A stretch of 64,000 bases of DNA, from the NCBI GenBank assembly GCA_038087875.1, contig CM075989.1, positions 18,664,001 to 18,728,000 of the forward strand, in the 5' to 3' direction. Each line of letters opens with the position of its first letter. Within the stretch, counting starts at the first letter, position 1. A model generated the notes under the pieces. It ran no database searches. It was not told where the DNA came from and worked only from the letters and a program-made list of their open reading frames with translations. The stretch comes from Malacoraja senta. Taxonomy: Eukaryota. Positions 27,092 to 39,097 of this stretch are shown here, in pieces. A program made the position numbers and the translations under genes.

Positions 27092-27169
27092 TTGGGAGTA
27101 GCAGATGGAGAAGGTTATCTCAGCCTTTGGCAAGTCAACCAGACTGGATCTAACCCCAAACCTTATCTT
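27092..27169 (+). CDS. DMXL2: DMXL2 exon (LGVADGEGYLSLWQVNQTGSNPKPYL), WD40
   Basis: tgtag|TTG ... CTT|gtaagt, 78 nt. Confidence 0.92.
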
Positions 27170-27437
27170 GTAAGTTATAGAAATCATCTTGTAACTTGTT
27201 AATAACGTCTACTGATATTTTAGGTTTGCTGAATAAATAATTTTCTCTTGGACTTTATAACAATGCCAAAAATTAGTTCAGTATTTCTTTATCCTTTGTA
27301 AAGTTGTAGACGTGCTTAGTTTAGCGAAAGAGTTGTCTTTCTTCTAAATATTGAATGTTGCAAATGTAGTATTTCAGTTCTTGCAGTAATTGTAACACAA
27401 TGAACCATTACTTCAAAAAACGAAGCAAATGATTCTG

Positions 27438-27624
27438 TTTGGAATGCTGTGCTGTTACAGTGCATTTGGGATACTGTGCTATTATAGTGTGTTTGGGATG
27501 CTGTGCTATTAGTGTGTTTGGGATACCGTGCTATAACAGTGTGCTTGAGATGCTGTGCTGTTACAGTGTGTCTGGGATACTCTGCTATTGCAGTGCGTTT
27601 GGGATATTGTGCAGTTACAGTGCA
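27438..27624. repeat. 27-bp minisatellite, 7 diverged units
   Basis: Consensus tttgggatactgtgctattacagtgtg; one unit is 25 bp. Confidence 0.9.
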
Positions 27625-27642
27625 TTGTTTGATTAATTGCAG

Positions 27643-27734
27643 AGCTGGCAGTGCCACAGTAAAGCTGCTGGTGACTTCGCATTCGTTACCTCCTCAAGCC
27701 TAATAACCACAGCAGGGCAATCCAATGACAGCAG
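27643..27734 (+). CDS. DMXL2: DMXL2 exon (SWQCHSKAAGDFAFVTSSSLITTAGQSNDSR), WD40
   Basis: tgcag|AGC ... AG|gtac, 92 nt, phase 0-2. Confidence 0.92.
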
Positions 27735-28505
27735 GTACAACAAACTCCTGTTAAAATCAAAGAAGATTTGCTTCCAGATCCAAAAGGGGTCATTTTCGTA
27801 AATGCTTTTTTCTCAATTTGTGTTGGTGTATTTTCTTTATCGTTTCAACATTATTTACTGGTACCATAACTAATTACTTCTGTTAATTGTAACATTAATC
27901 CTAAAGAGCAAATCTTTTACTCTTTTTATTGAATTTTCTGTGGTCCCATGTGAAGAAAGATCTTTCTCTGTAGTTTAAGAGAAGAGTGTTGTTCTGCCCT
28001 CTCTTGGTATTGCTTTACCACAATTATGTGAACTGAGGTACATTGAAAAGTATCGTTTGTGTGCTATCCAGTTAAACCAGATCACAGTATACGTGAGTAC
28101 AATCAAACCATACACTAGTGCAACAGGTAGTGCAAAGTGAAAAATGCCAGTTGCAGTAACAAAGAAAAAGGTCCTGTCTATAATGAGGTAGATTGGAAGA
28201 TCGGAACTACACCCTCACTTATGGAGGACAGTTCAGTAGCCTGATAACAGCAGGGAAGTCTCTTATTCTATAAACAGGACCCAAAGTGTCTGTGCAGTAA
28301 GGGATCATCAGCAACCAGAATCGAGTGAATCCAGAACAGATTTCGCAAACAGATTCTACAGCTTGGTAAGGGTCGTGGGAGAGGAACCAGGAAATTGACT
28401 GTACATCGCATACATCTGTTTTTTCTTCAATGGTAGGACTGCTGAATATTAAATGTTGAAAAGGTGTGATTGGATTTTAACTGACAATTCTACTTCTCTT
28501 TCCAG

Positions 28506-28558
28506 AAATGTTTGCCTTTGGGATACACTAATTTCACCACATAACAGTCTTGTGCATG
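28506..28558 (+). CDS. DMXL2: DMXL2 exon (NVCLWDTLISPHNSLVH), WD40
   Basis: tccag|A ... G|gtacg, 53 nt, phase 2-1. Confidence 0.92.
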
Positions 28559-29474
28559 GTACGATCATTGTTTCTAACCTTTATAATACCTGTTTGTGAT
28601 AGAGATATCGTACTATTTTCCATTTTTACATTTTAGTGGCATTCTACGAATCAACCACTCTGAGGAATTATTTTATGTTCTTTGTTAGAAATTGCACTTC
28701 ACGCTTTGTTTTAAGCGTGCTCTGATGATGCAGAAATCACATCATGTAGTTCTGATGTATATGGTATAAAGGGCTGTGGTAATAGAACCGGCTGTAATCA
28801 TGTTCAAATGCCAGGAACATAGGAACCTGAGGCAGAGTGGTGCAACATATCAATACGAGTGTAGAGACCACATGTTGGACATTGGCAATCGCAAAACAAT
28901 GTACTTCTAGGTTTTCCATGAGGTTTAGATTGTACCAAATGCTAGCACAATCTATTCCAGCAAAGTTTAGATTATGTGTAAGATGCACATGAAAAAGAGT
29001 CTTAATGGTTCTAGGCTACTTTTAAGTTGGCATCTCACTGGAAATATTCTTTCTGCTATACAATCAGTGACCTACATCCAGATAGCATGGTTCGTTTGGT
29101 GTGTTCCCTCTTAAAAGAAAATTAAGGAATTCAGTGATGCAAGGACTAAAGCATTGATCCCGGGCCTGATCAGATATATCGGAGGCCACTGTGGGAAGCT
29201 AGAGAAGAAATTGCAGGCTAAGATTTTTGAATTATCATTAGACACAGATGAGGTGCTGGAAGATTGGAGAGTCCTGATTTTTCTCATGCTGCATGATGAA
29301 TTTGTTTGAAACTATATAATGTGTATAGGCATCAAGGCAACACAATATTATCAAAATTGAAATTATTAGAATTGTCATTTAGGTACTGTAATGATATTTG
29401 TGCATGATTCATTTGTTATGCTAACCATAATTTTTAAGACTAATGTGTTTTAATGCTTTTTCTTTAATCCCTAG

Positions 29475-29692
29475 GCTTTGTCTGCCATGAAAATGGTGCC
29501 ACGGTGCTGCAGTATGCACCAAAACAGCAACTTCTCATCTCTGGGGGAAGGAAGGGCTTTGTCTGCATTTTTGACATAAGGCAGAGACAATTGCTACACA
29601 CATTTCAGGCACATGGTTCAGCTATTAAAGCTCTTGCTCTGGATGCCACTGAGGATTATTTCATTACAGGCTCAGCAGAAGGGAATATGAAG
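29475..29692 (+). CDS. DMXL2: DMXL2 exon (GFVCHENGATVLQYAPKQQLLISGGRKG...GSAEGNMK), WD40
   Basis: cctag|GC ... AAG|gtaag, 218 nt, phase 1-0. Confidence 0.93.
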
Positions 29693-30068
29693 GTAAGGCT
29701 TCTGCGCTAAAACCTCCATTAGACTTGTCTCAAAGTCCATAGGCTATATGTTTTACCCACTAAAACCTGCTGCCACAAGTTTCCAACATTCTACTGTGGA
29801 TTTCTAACTAATATGGAAAAGCAATCAGCTGAATATGGCCACTGGATACCATTGATACGTCTTATTCAGATGACAGGGATGGGATCAGCAAGGGAGGGTA
29901 TGTGTTTTGAATGTTACTGCCAGAATAGCAACCTCTGGCTTTTCCTCTGCAGCCATTGTCTTTTGCTTTTGAACTGCAACAACATTGGAGTCTGCATCAG
30001 TCATACATTGTCCCATTGTGTCTTAATTATTAAGCATTTTATACTTGGTCATTTTTTGGTGTGTTCAT

Positions 30069-30660
30069 ATAGAAACATAGAAAATAGGTGCAGGAGGAGG
30101 CCATTCGGCCCTTCGAGCCAGCACCGCCATTCATTGTGATCATGGCTGATCGTCCCCTATCAATAACCCGTGCTTGCCTTCTCCCCATATCCCTTGACTC
30201 CACCAGCCTCTAGAGCTCCATCTAACTCTCTCTTAAATTCATCCAGTGACTTGGCCTCCACTGTCCTCTGTGGCAGGGAATTCCATAAATTCACAACTCT
30301 CTGGGTGAAATTTTTTTTTCTCACCTCAGTCTTAAATGACCCCTTTATTCTAAGACTATGGCCCCTGGTTCTGGACTCGCCCAACATTGGGAACATTTTT
30401 CCTGCATCTAGCTTGTCCAGTCCTTTCATAATTTTATATGTTTCTATAAGATATCCCCTCATCCTTCTAAACTCCAGTGAATACAAGCCTAGTCTTTTCA
30501 ATCTTTCCTCATATGACAGTCTTGCCATCCCAGGTATCAATCTCGTGAACCTACGCTGCACTGCCTCAATCACAAGGATGTCCTTCCTCAAATTAGGAGA
30601 CCAAACTTGTACACAATACTCCAGATGTGGTCTCACCAGAGCCCCATACAACTGCAGAAG
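30069..30660 (-). mobile_element. CR1-type LINE 3' fragment
   Basis: ORF track 30160-30744 (LVRPHLEYCVQVWSP...FTQRVVNLWNSLP). Confidence 0.9.
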
Positions 30661-31629
30661 AAATATACTAATACTCTCACCAATTGTGTTTGTACGGTGC
30701 CAATTAATCTGATGTTTTAACAATCTACGTTTGTAAACGAGCACAACCCGCTTGTACTCTGGATTTCCACCCTCAACTTATTGATTTTTTTCCCTCATAT
30801 AATGCCAATTTCCTTTTTACAAAACAGAACATTGGCTGTGCAAAGTGATGTACATCTGTCATGCTTTAACGGTTAGGATTTTTTGGACAAAGTTAATAGT
30901 ATAGTTGCAAAGGTGCAAGACTGTTGCATGTTGAATTGGGCACTCTGTTCAGTTGAAGGACCAGGTATTTAAAGCTTGATATTGGAACTCGAAGGGAGTA
31001 GCCACAGAATGATTATGACGAAAAATGCCGACATCATGGAGTTTGCCATTAATAACACACTCGGGCCCAACAGTCAAATTTGTTCTTCCGCACTGATGCC
31101 TCCCCTCCATTTCTTTGCCTCGGTTCTACATGTTCTTAATTATCTTTTATCACAGCTGTGAAGTTGATACCAGGCACTGGCTTGGACCTCCAATTAACAC
31201 TCCACATCATCAATGCGTTTGTTTTGCTTCAGTCTCTATCTACCACCTGTGGTACATCAGTTGACACACCTGATACTTCACAACCAGGAAAGGTCATTTC
31301 TATCGGTGTAGGGCATTTTCTGTAAAAATGTAATTAATACTACAGTTTTCCAATGCAATTTTACTAACCTGAAGATTTTAATTGTAGGCAGCAATCTTTC
31401 TGTGAATTAAGATAACATGCGACCAAGAGCCTTTTGTGGTCTATTTTGCCTGTAATGTACCTTTTAAGTTATTGTACTTGTTTTCTGTATGTACATCCTG
31501 TTAAACATGGTAAGTAAATCCTGTGTGGCTTGTACAGTACAACAAAATTATTTAAAGTCATTTTTTGCTGAAATTTAATTGCAGAACTGACTAAATGGAC
31601 ATATTTGATTATGAAGTAACACGTTATTT

Positions 31630-31895
31630 GCACAGTGGCGCAGTGATACAGTTGCTGCCTTACAGAGCCAGAGACCCGGGTTCAATCCTGACTATGGGGA
31701 CCGTCTGTACGGAGATTGCACTTTCTGCCTGCGACCACGTGGGGTTTCTTCCACATTCCAAAGACGTGTAGGTTAATTGGCTTTGGTGGAAAAAAAGTTG
31801 TCCCTAGGGTTCAGTGTAGTGCTAGTGTACAGGGTGATCACTGGTCGGCATGGTGGGCCGAAAGGTCTGTTTCGGCACTATCTCTGAAGTGTAAA
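31630..31895 (+). mobile_element. V-SINE/HE1-like SINE
   Basis: TGGCGCAGTG A box, GGTTCAATCC B box, shared body with other copies. Confidence 0.7.
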
Positions 31896-31972
31896 TAGAA
31901 GAGAAAGTAAATAGCAGTAAAATCTAAAGTTGACATGAATTTGGGAGAATTATTAAAGTTTTTGTTTTGCAG

Positions 31973-32182
31973 GTGTGGAAGTTGACAAGTCATGGCTTAA
32001 TCCATTCATTCACTAATGAACATGCCAAGCAGTCGATCTTTCGCAACATTGGCGCAGGGATTGTGCAGCTGGAAATCCGGCCAACTAATCGCATCTTTTC
32101 CTGTGGAGCCGATGGAACTTTGAAGACGAGAGTTTTGCCGGATTATTTTAATATTCCGACTGGAATATTTGACATCTTGTAG
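31973..32182 (+). CDS. DMXL2: DMXL2 terminal coding exon (VWKLTSHGLIHSF...TRVLPDYFNIPTGIFDIL*)
   Basis: tgcag|GTG ... TAG; C-terminus resembles DMXL2 rather than DMXL1; adjacency to GLDN matches the known DMXL2-GLDN-CYP19A1 synteny. Confidence 0.93.
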   Translation: MWKLTSHGLIHSFTNEHAKQSIFRNIGAGIVQLEIRPTNRIFSCGADGTLKTRVLPDYFNIPTGIFDIL

Positions 32183-33477
32183 TTTACTGGGCTTATTCTG
32201 GTTTCTGGTTATTCTAAAACATGGGCAACTCGCATATAGTGTGGGAATGCGTAAGCTGTCATTTAGACTGCTCGATGTTTGGGAATGAGATCCCTGGTTC
32301 GGCATTTTGCAGAACTCTTCTATTAGCATCGGATCTTGGAAGGCTTGAAATACATGTGAAGAGAGTCATTTAAAGAAATATAGTGTGGCTTTGTGGTATA
32401 AAGGCTTAAGAATCCATATAAAAACCCATAGGACAGACATGCATGAACTGTATTATCACTTAAAAGCAATGCAGTTGCAGGTTGTTGGTTATGCACTGTG
32501 AACACAATGCAGAATCTTTGGTGTACTCTAAGTGATGGACATTTAAACTATGTGCCCATAGCTAAAATCCATCTGCACTGAGGAAAACTATGTAATAATT
32601 TATTGGAAAATCCCATGTGTAATGATGGTGTGAATTGATTTCTAGAATTTAAATTAATTATTTTGTCATCTTTGAAAGAATTTTCAACGTTAACACTGCA
32701 GCAGATAAATAATCTTAACTGAAGGTTGCAATGCAAAAATGGTATCCAATATCATTCAGATGTATAGTTTAATTTGTCAGTTTATAGATATTTTTTAATT
32801 TAATCACTCAAGTTAAATCTATTGAATGAAACATTAATGCCTTTATTGCACACTTCTTAAACCTTTTTGAGACTGTTGTCCTTATTGCAAACTATTCATC
32901 ATGATATTGTGTAGTACAGTCTAATAATAGCATTGTATATCTATACTTGAAAAGCAAGGAAATGAGATGGTATTTTTGTTCATTTTGAATTAGCATTATT
33001 GTTAGTATATCCGTTGAATCTGAACATTGCACTATAATATAAAGTATGATATGACAATATTTGTATTTAAAAATGGAAGTCCTATTATGTGTAAAAGATC
33101 GGATTTCCTTGGATGAATGTCTGGCTAACTGGCCCATCACTTTATGTAACATTCTGATATTTAAGTTATTTTATTCTGTGAATTAAGATAACATGCGACC
33201 AAGAGCTCTGTATGGTCTTCTATTTTGCCTGTAATATACCTTTTAATTTATTGTACTTGTTTTCTGTATGTACATCCTGCTAAACATGGTAAGTAAATCC
33301 TGAGGACCATAAGACAGTATTTGGCACATTGTCTGTGAAGTTGTCTTCTCATATTTTGTGTCCGTGTTCTGTACCAAATTCATTGCATTTCTGTGTGGAC
33401 TGAGCAAAGTATGGACTTTACATCTCCCGCTTGAAACTATACCCAAAATAGTTGTGCGTCCCAGTCTTTGTAAGTCA

Positions 33478-33483
33478 AATAAA
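33478..33483 (+). terminator. Candidate DMXL2 polyadenylation signal
   Basis: AATAAA about 1.3 kb after the stop, followed by U/GU-rich sequence. Confidence 0.5.
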
Positions 33484-34304
33484 TTTTTAATGTGTGTAGC
33501 TAACTGTCTGCTATATCATCTTTTCATTATTGGAAAATCTGAGTCTATAGTTATATATGACCTCCAGAACCTGGCACTAGAATGGGACCTTAGGTTTTGG
33601 TTCAGTTGCCCCTTTGTTCATTCGGACTGGAAGCACCGAGTCTCCAAAGCTGTGGAATCTCGAGGATAATCTCCTTGTTCACAGCTTAATGATGTGAAGT
33701 TGAAGAGCAATATGTCATGAGTGGCTCTTCAGTTTCATCATAATTACCAAGAGCCACCACATAACAGCAATGCCACTTGTGGTGTGACTCAGCGGGGCTT
33801 CTCTGGGCCTTCTGACCAAATCTAAGATCAATTTCATGAGCAATCTGTCGTAATAACACATGTAGTAGGACTTGTTATGACTCATTAAAACTAAAAACTC
33901 AGTCCAGAGATCTGTCTTGGATTTGGGAAGTGGTGGAGAGAGATACTCTCCATTCAGAGGACCCAACAACACTGTGTGCAGTGGAGGTCATGTGAGATAG
34001 TAATCCTACAAGACCATAAAACATAGGAGCAGAATTAGGCCAATCGGCCCATCAAGTCTAATCCTGCATATCTACTGTGTATAATTCTAATTTTACAATG
34101 TCCCATGTTTAAAAAAAAAAAAGAAGCATACCACGACTATTCTGACCTATTCCAAATAAATACCATGATTATAAATTATCTGATATCAACATATACATCC
34201 AGGAACCATATTTGAAATGGTAGTTAAGAAAAATACTTTACTAATCCCTTATCAAGCAGCATCATACAGCTGTTATACTCACAGATATTTGATCCATTGA
34301 ACAT

Positions 34305-34310
34305 TTTATT
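34305..34310 (-). terminator. Candidate GLDN polyadenylation signal
   Basis: AATAAA on the minus strand about 245 nt after the GLDN stop. Confidence 0.4.
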
Positions 34311-34554
34311 AACCACTGATATAAACAGCATTAATCACATAATGTTGAATTATAGAACATTAAAAGGTGTAAAAGTGACAATTAACAATTTGTACATGGT
34401 GCTGAAATATTAAAAATGTTATAGATATTTTGTGCAAATGTCAAAAATATTTTAACGTATTATTATGGCATTAGGGAAAATTATTTACCTTGTGAAAATC
34501 TCCTTAGTAGCTACGCCAGTTAACACATGCACAAATTATTGCAATCACCTGCAT

Positions 34555-35026
34555 TTATTCAGCTGGTAAAAACTGTAGACCATACCTTCTTAAGTAGCCA
34601 TTTTCCCATGTATGCAGTTGATGATCATGTGGATTGTATGATATCATTGTAAGCATATCATTTGATGATCTTAAATCAAAATTTACATCAAGTTGCTTTT
34701 CTTTCAACAAATCAAATGCAAAAACTACTTTGGAGTCGGTGGTGTCTGTGAGGTAGAGAATGCTTCGTGCAATGAATGCATTTCCTGCCTTTGATTTGGG
34801 GTAAGTGGTGTTAATATTCTGAATTATGGCAAATGATTTTTCATCGCTCTCAATCTGGCCAACCACAATGTTTTCGTCGTGACTAGAAGCATAGATTATC
34901 CAAAGCCCACTTTTGTCTGCAGATAAATCAAAATAAGTCTTTGCATTTTGAAAGAGATAGTTGCGATTGTTGTGCAAAGCATTGTCCATTTTCATACGTT
35001 GGACCAGTTTCCCATCCAGAGGAAAT
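34555..35026 (-). CDS. GLDN: GLDN exon 10, C-terminal part of the olfactomedin domain (FPLDGKLVQR...DLSADKSGLWIIYAS...LQFLPAE*)
   Basis: tttag|A acceptor phase 2; olfactomedin motifs (DxSGLWIIY, NAFIA, MISYNP); TAA stop. Confidence 0.93.
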
Positions 35027-35664
35027 CTAAACCAAACATCAGGAAACGTAAGTACAATTGCATGCTTCACCATTATTTTCTGAAATCTTTGTGCAAGTTG
35101 TAGTCATACAGCACGGAAACAGGCCCCACCTGCCCGCATTTGGCCCTTATCCCTCTAAACCTTTCCTATCCAACTACCTGTCTAAATGTTGGTGGTTTTT
35201 TTTTTCTTTCCCCCAACTTCCATCAGCTCTTCTGGTGAATAAAGTTTAACCACATGTATTAAAGAATCATATGGCGCCAGAGACCCGGGTTCATTCCTGA
35301 CCAAGCATGCTCTCTGTGGAGTTTGTATGTTCTCTCTTTGACCTGTGGGTTTTCTCTGGGTGCTCAAGTTTCCACCCACATTTCAATCACGTGCAGGTTT
35401 GTAGATTAATTGGCTTCTGTAACTTGCCCTTGGTGTGTAATATGCAAAAGCGATATAACAGAAATAGTGTATGGGTGATCGGTGGATCCGATGGGCTGAA
35501 GGGCCCGTTTCCAGACTGTTTCTCTAAACTGTAATTTGTACTGACAATAGAACAATGAAGTTCTTACTTGCTGCTTAACTGGCTCCTTAATGCAATAATG
35601 CATCTCTTTAAAGGCAGCAGGCCGTAGGGATCCAGACAACAATGAACACATTTACTGATCATTT

Positions 35665-35931
35665 AGAAACAAGGAATGGCAGATGCTGGTTTACAACAAC
35701 AAAAAAGACAAAAGTGCTGGAGTAACTCAACTGGTCAGGCAGCATCTCTGGAGAGCATGGATATGTGACATTTCGGATTGGGACCCTTCAGACTGAGGTG
35801 GATTTTTGGATCAGGACCCTTAATGTAGAAGCTTAGTTCAGTCTGAAGAAGGATCTTAACTTGAAATGTCACCTATCCATGTTCTCCGAAGATGCTGCTA
35901 ATCCACTGTTATTCCAGCATTTTGTCTTTTT
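35665..35931. mobile_element. Penelope-associated inverted pair
   Basis: Inverted arms; TSD tttactg(a/c)tcattt at 35651-35664 and 35932-35945. Confidence 0.65.
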
Positions 35932-35984
35932 TTTACTGCTCATTTTGTGCTCTGTTTTAGAAAATTACAATTAAGTGCACTCAC

Positions 35985-36138
35985 TTTATAATATTATCTG
36001 ATCCTCCTTTGTGATAATAAATAGAGCCGTTGTACACCGCATGTCCACAGCCATGGAAGAAGTATGGCAATGTTATTGCTTTGAAGTTACTTCCATTCTT
36101 GAGTGCTTCTAAATTTTCATACTCCTTTATTGTCAGTC
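35985..36138 (-). CDS. GLDN: GLDN exon 9 (GLTIKEYEN...[26 protein letters not shown])
   Basis: tctag|GA ... AA|gtgagt, 154 nt, phase 1-2; olfactomedin GxGHxVYN motif. Confidence 0.92.
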
Positions 36139-36464
36139 CTAGAAATAAAATGTCAAAATGCCTTAATGATGGTGTTCAAAGTAAAGTGCATGTAAAACCA
36201 AAATACCTGCAAGTAGCATCAAAGACTATAAGATATCTACTGTGTACAACTTATAAACCAAAATACAAAGTGCTGGAGGAACTCAGCCGGTCTGGCAGAA
36301 TCTGTGGAGTGAACAGGCAGACAACATTTTCGGTTGGGACCCTTCTTCAGAATAAGTTCCTGCAGTAGTTTATATTTTGCTCAAAATTTCAGCATCTGCA
36401 GTTTCTTATGCGTCCTCTATCTTACAAAACCCAAGGTGTACAGGCAGGATGGAGAAGAGTTCCA

Positions 36465-38280
36465 AAATAATGGAGACAAAAGATAAGGTAACTGTTTCTG
36501 TCTTCCTTAGTGAAGACAGAACCAAAATCTCCCAGAAATACTAGGGGACCAAGCATCTTGCAGGAGGGAGGAACCGAAGGAAATCCACATTAGTCAGGAA
36601 ATGGTGTTAGGTGAACTCTTTGGACTGAAAGGCAGATAAATCCCCAGGGCCTGTTAGTCTGCATCCCAGAGTACTCAAGGAGGTGGCCCTAGAAATTGTG
36701 CATGCTTTGGTGATCTTTTTCCAATGTTCTATAGACTCTGGATCAGTTCCTGTGCACTGGAAGGTAGCTAATGTAACCACACTTTTTAAGAAAGGAGGGA
36801 GAGAGAAAACGGAATTTTAGGCCAGTGGGGAAGATGCACGAGTCGATTAATAAAGATGTAATAGCAGCGCATTTGGAAAGCAGTGACAGGATCAGTCAAA
36901 GTCAGCATGGATTTATGAAGGGGAAATCATGCTTGACTAATCTGGATTTTTTTGAGGATTAAAACAAGTAGAATGGTTAGGGGAGAGCCAGTGGATGTGG
37001 TGTATCTGGACTTTCAAAAAGCCTTTGACAAGGTCCCACACAAGAGATTAGTGTGCAAAATTAGAGCACATGGTATTGGGGGTAGGGTATTGGCATGGAT
37101 AGAGAACTGGTTGGCAGACAGGAAGCAAAGAGTAGGAATTAACGGATCCTTTTCAGAATGGTAGGCAGTGACTAGTGGGTTGCCGCAAGACTCAGTGCTG
37201 GGTCCCCAGTTATTTACAATATATATTAATGATTTATACAAAGGAATTGAATGTAACATCTCCAAGTTTGCAAATGGCAAAGTGAGCTGCAAGGAGGATG
37301 CTATGAGGCTCTAGGGTGACTTGGATATGTTGGGTGAGTGGGCAAATGCATTGCAGATGCAGTATAATGTGGATAGTTGTGAGGTTATCCACTTTGGTGG
37401 CAATAACAAGAAGGCAGATTATTATTTGAATGGTGTAAGAAGGAACTGCAGATGCTGGTTTAAACCAAAGATAGACACAAAACGCTGGAGCGAGACAGGC
37501 AGCATCTCTGGAGAGAAGGAATGGGTAACGTTTTGGGTCGAGACCGTTCTGAAGAAGGATTATCGGAATGGTGTCAGATAATGAAAAGGGGAGGTACAAC
37601 GAGACTTGGGTGTCCTTGTACATCAGTCACTGAAAGTAAGCAAGCAGGTACAGCAGGCAGTGAAGAAAGCAAATGGCATGTTGGCCTTTATAGCAAGAGG
37701 ATTTGAGTATAGGAGCAAGGAGGTCCTACTGCAGTTGTACAGGGCTCACAGCTGGAGTATTGTGTGCAGTTTTGGTCTCCTAATTTGAGGAAGGACACTT
37801 GCTATTGAGGGAGTGCATTATAGGTTCACCAAGTTAATTCCCAGGATGGTGGGACTGACATATGATGAAAGAATGGATCGACTGGGCTTGCATTCATTGG
37901 AATTTAGAAGAATGAGAGGGAATCTTCTGGAAACATACAATTCTTAAGGGATTGGACAAGCTAGATGCAGGAAAAAATGTTCCTGACGTTGTGGAGTCCA
38001 GAACCAGGGGTCACGGTTTAACAATGAGGGGGAGGCCATTTAGGACTGAGATGAAAAACATTTTCACCCAGAGTTGTGAATCTGTGGAATTCTCTGCCAC
38101 AGAAGGCAGTGGAGGCCAATTCACTGGATGTATTCAAGTGAGAGTTAGATTTTGCATTTAGGGCTAACGGAATCAAGGGATGTGGAGAGAAAGTAGGAAA
38201 GGGGTACTGATTTTGGATGATCAGCCATGATCATATTGAATGGCAGTGCTGGCTCAGAGGGTCGAATGGCATACTCCTGA
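36465..38280 (+). mobile_element. 5'-truncated CR1-type LINE (about 1.8 kb, decayed RT) in GLDN intron 8 with a nested short element at 37437-37558
   Basis: VYLDFQKAFDKVPH and QHGFMKGKSCLTN motifs; nested insert flanked by a 16-bp TSD attat(tt/cg)gaatggtgt. Confidence 0.88.
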
Positions 38281-38318
38281 ATGCAACCGAGCACAGTGAA
38301 AAGCAAATATAAAACAAC

Positions 38319-38444
38319 CTGAGAAGTGCTCAACAATCCAAATCTGTTCACTGTGTTTCATCGCGTGGTCTTTCATCCATGCTCCAAATGTGTTTTCTAT
38401 CTTTGTCACATTGTTAGGGTCATCCACCGATTTGATGACACGTC
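38319..38444 (-). CDS. GLDN: GLDN exon 8 (GRVIKSVDDPNNVTKIENTFGAWMKD...IWIVEHFS)
   Basis: aatag|GA ... G|gttgt, 126 nt, phase 1-1; olfactomedin N-terminal GAWMKD. Confidence 0.92.
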
Positions 38445-38529
38445 CTATTAAGAGATGTTGCCCAAATGTTAATGCAAAAGTATCACAATCCAATACCATA
38501 ATTAAGGCCAAAATGGGGGGAACTCGTAC

Positions 38530-38616
38530 CGGCTTTCTTTGTAAACGAGCTCTGTATTTTCTGCGCAGACGTTCTTCTGATTAAAGTATCATCGTTCGGT
38601 TCAGCGTGGGCTTTAC
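38530..38616 (-). CDS. GLDN: GLDN exon 7, linker with PNDDTL (BMP1/tolloid-type cleavage region)
   Basis: tttag|GT ... G|gtacg, 87 nt, phase 1-1; PNDDTL is conserved in gliomedins. Confidence 0.88.
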
Positions 38617-38980
38617 CTAAATTTGAACACAATCGTGAGTCAAGGTCATATCAAACATTGCGTTGTAGCGGCACCAAACGTGGTGAATAAACAGGTGCTT
38701 TATTCAGGTGTTACACGTAGGTTTGGTCCACTAACGTTATTGTCATTGCTGCTGTAGCTGAGGGAGGGTGTTGTCTCGAGCTCAGCTACCTGTGACTGGG
38801 TGATCTCAAGGTGAGATATGCTAATGTAGCAGGACACTCCCCTGAGCCCCAGACGTCACGTGACAGCCTTCGTAACTACTGACGAGGGTTCGACCATAAG
38901 TGGTCTGTGTATCAGCTGACGCCACAGGGGGCCACATTCCCATGGGTGGGGGGGGGGGTCCAAATTCAAAGGTCCATTAC

Positions 38981-39097
38981 CGTTGCTGACCAGGTTCTGC
39001 TGTTTTCGGGACTTCCCTCTGGAACCTGGAGGACCAGGGGGTCCAGCTGGGCCCGGAGACCCTGGTTGTCCGGGCGGGCCGGGGGGACCTTTCTGAC
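38981..39097 (-). CDS. GLDN: GLDN exon 6, collagen (GQKGPPGPPGQPGSPGPAGPPGPPGSRGKSRKQQNLVSN)
   Basis: gtcag|GT ... G|gtaatg, 117 nt, Gly-X-Y repeats. Confidence 0.9.

Noticed and set aside
27438..27624. Regular 27-bp repeats resembling a CRISPR array
   Set aside because: Units are contiguous with no unique spacers, the context is a vertebrate intron, and there are no cas genes.
30170..30712. 180-aa plus-strand ORF in the last DMXL2 intron
   Set aside because: Antisense shadow frame of the CR1 fragment.
38879..38900. CTGACGA-G-GGT-TCG-ACC motif resembling a separate hammerhead
   Set aside because: Lacks the GAAA box (reads ATAA) and has no stem I/III or element context; likely chance.
38944..38958. 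G-run as a functional G-quadruplex
   Set aside because: Simple homopolymer with no supporting context; similar runs occur elsewhere (43145, 48543).
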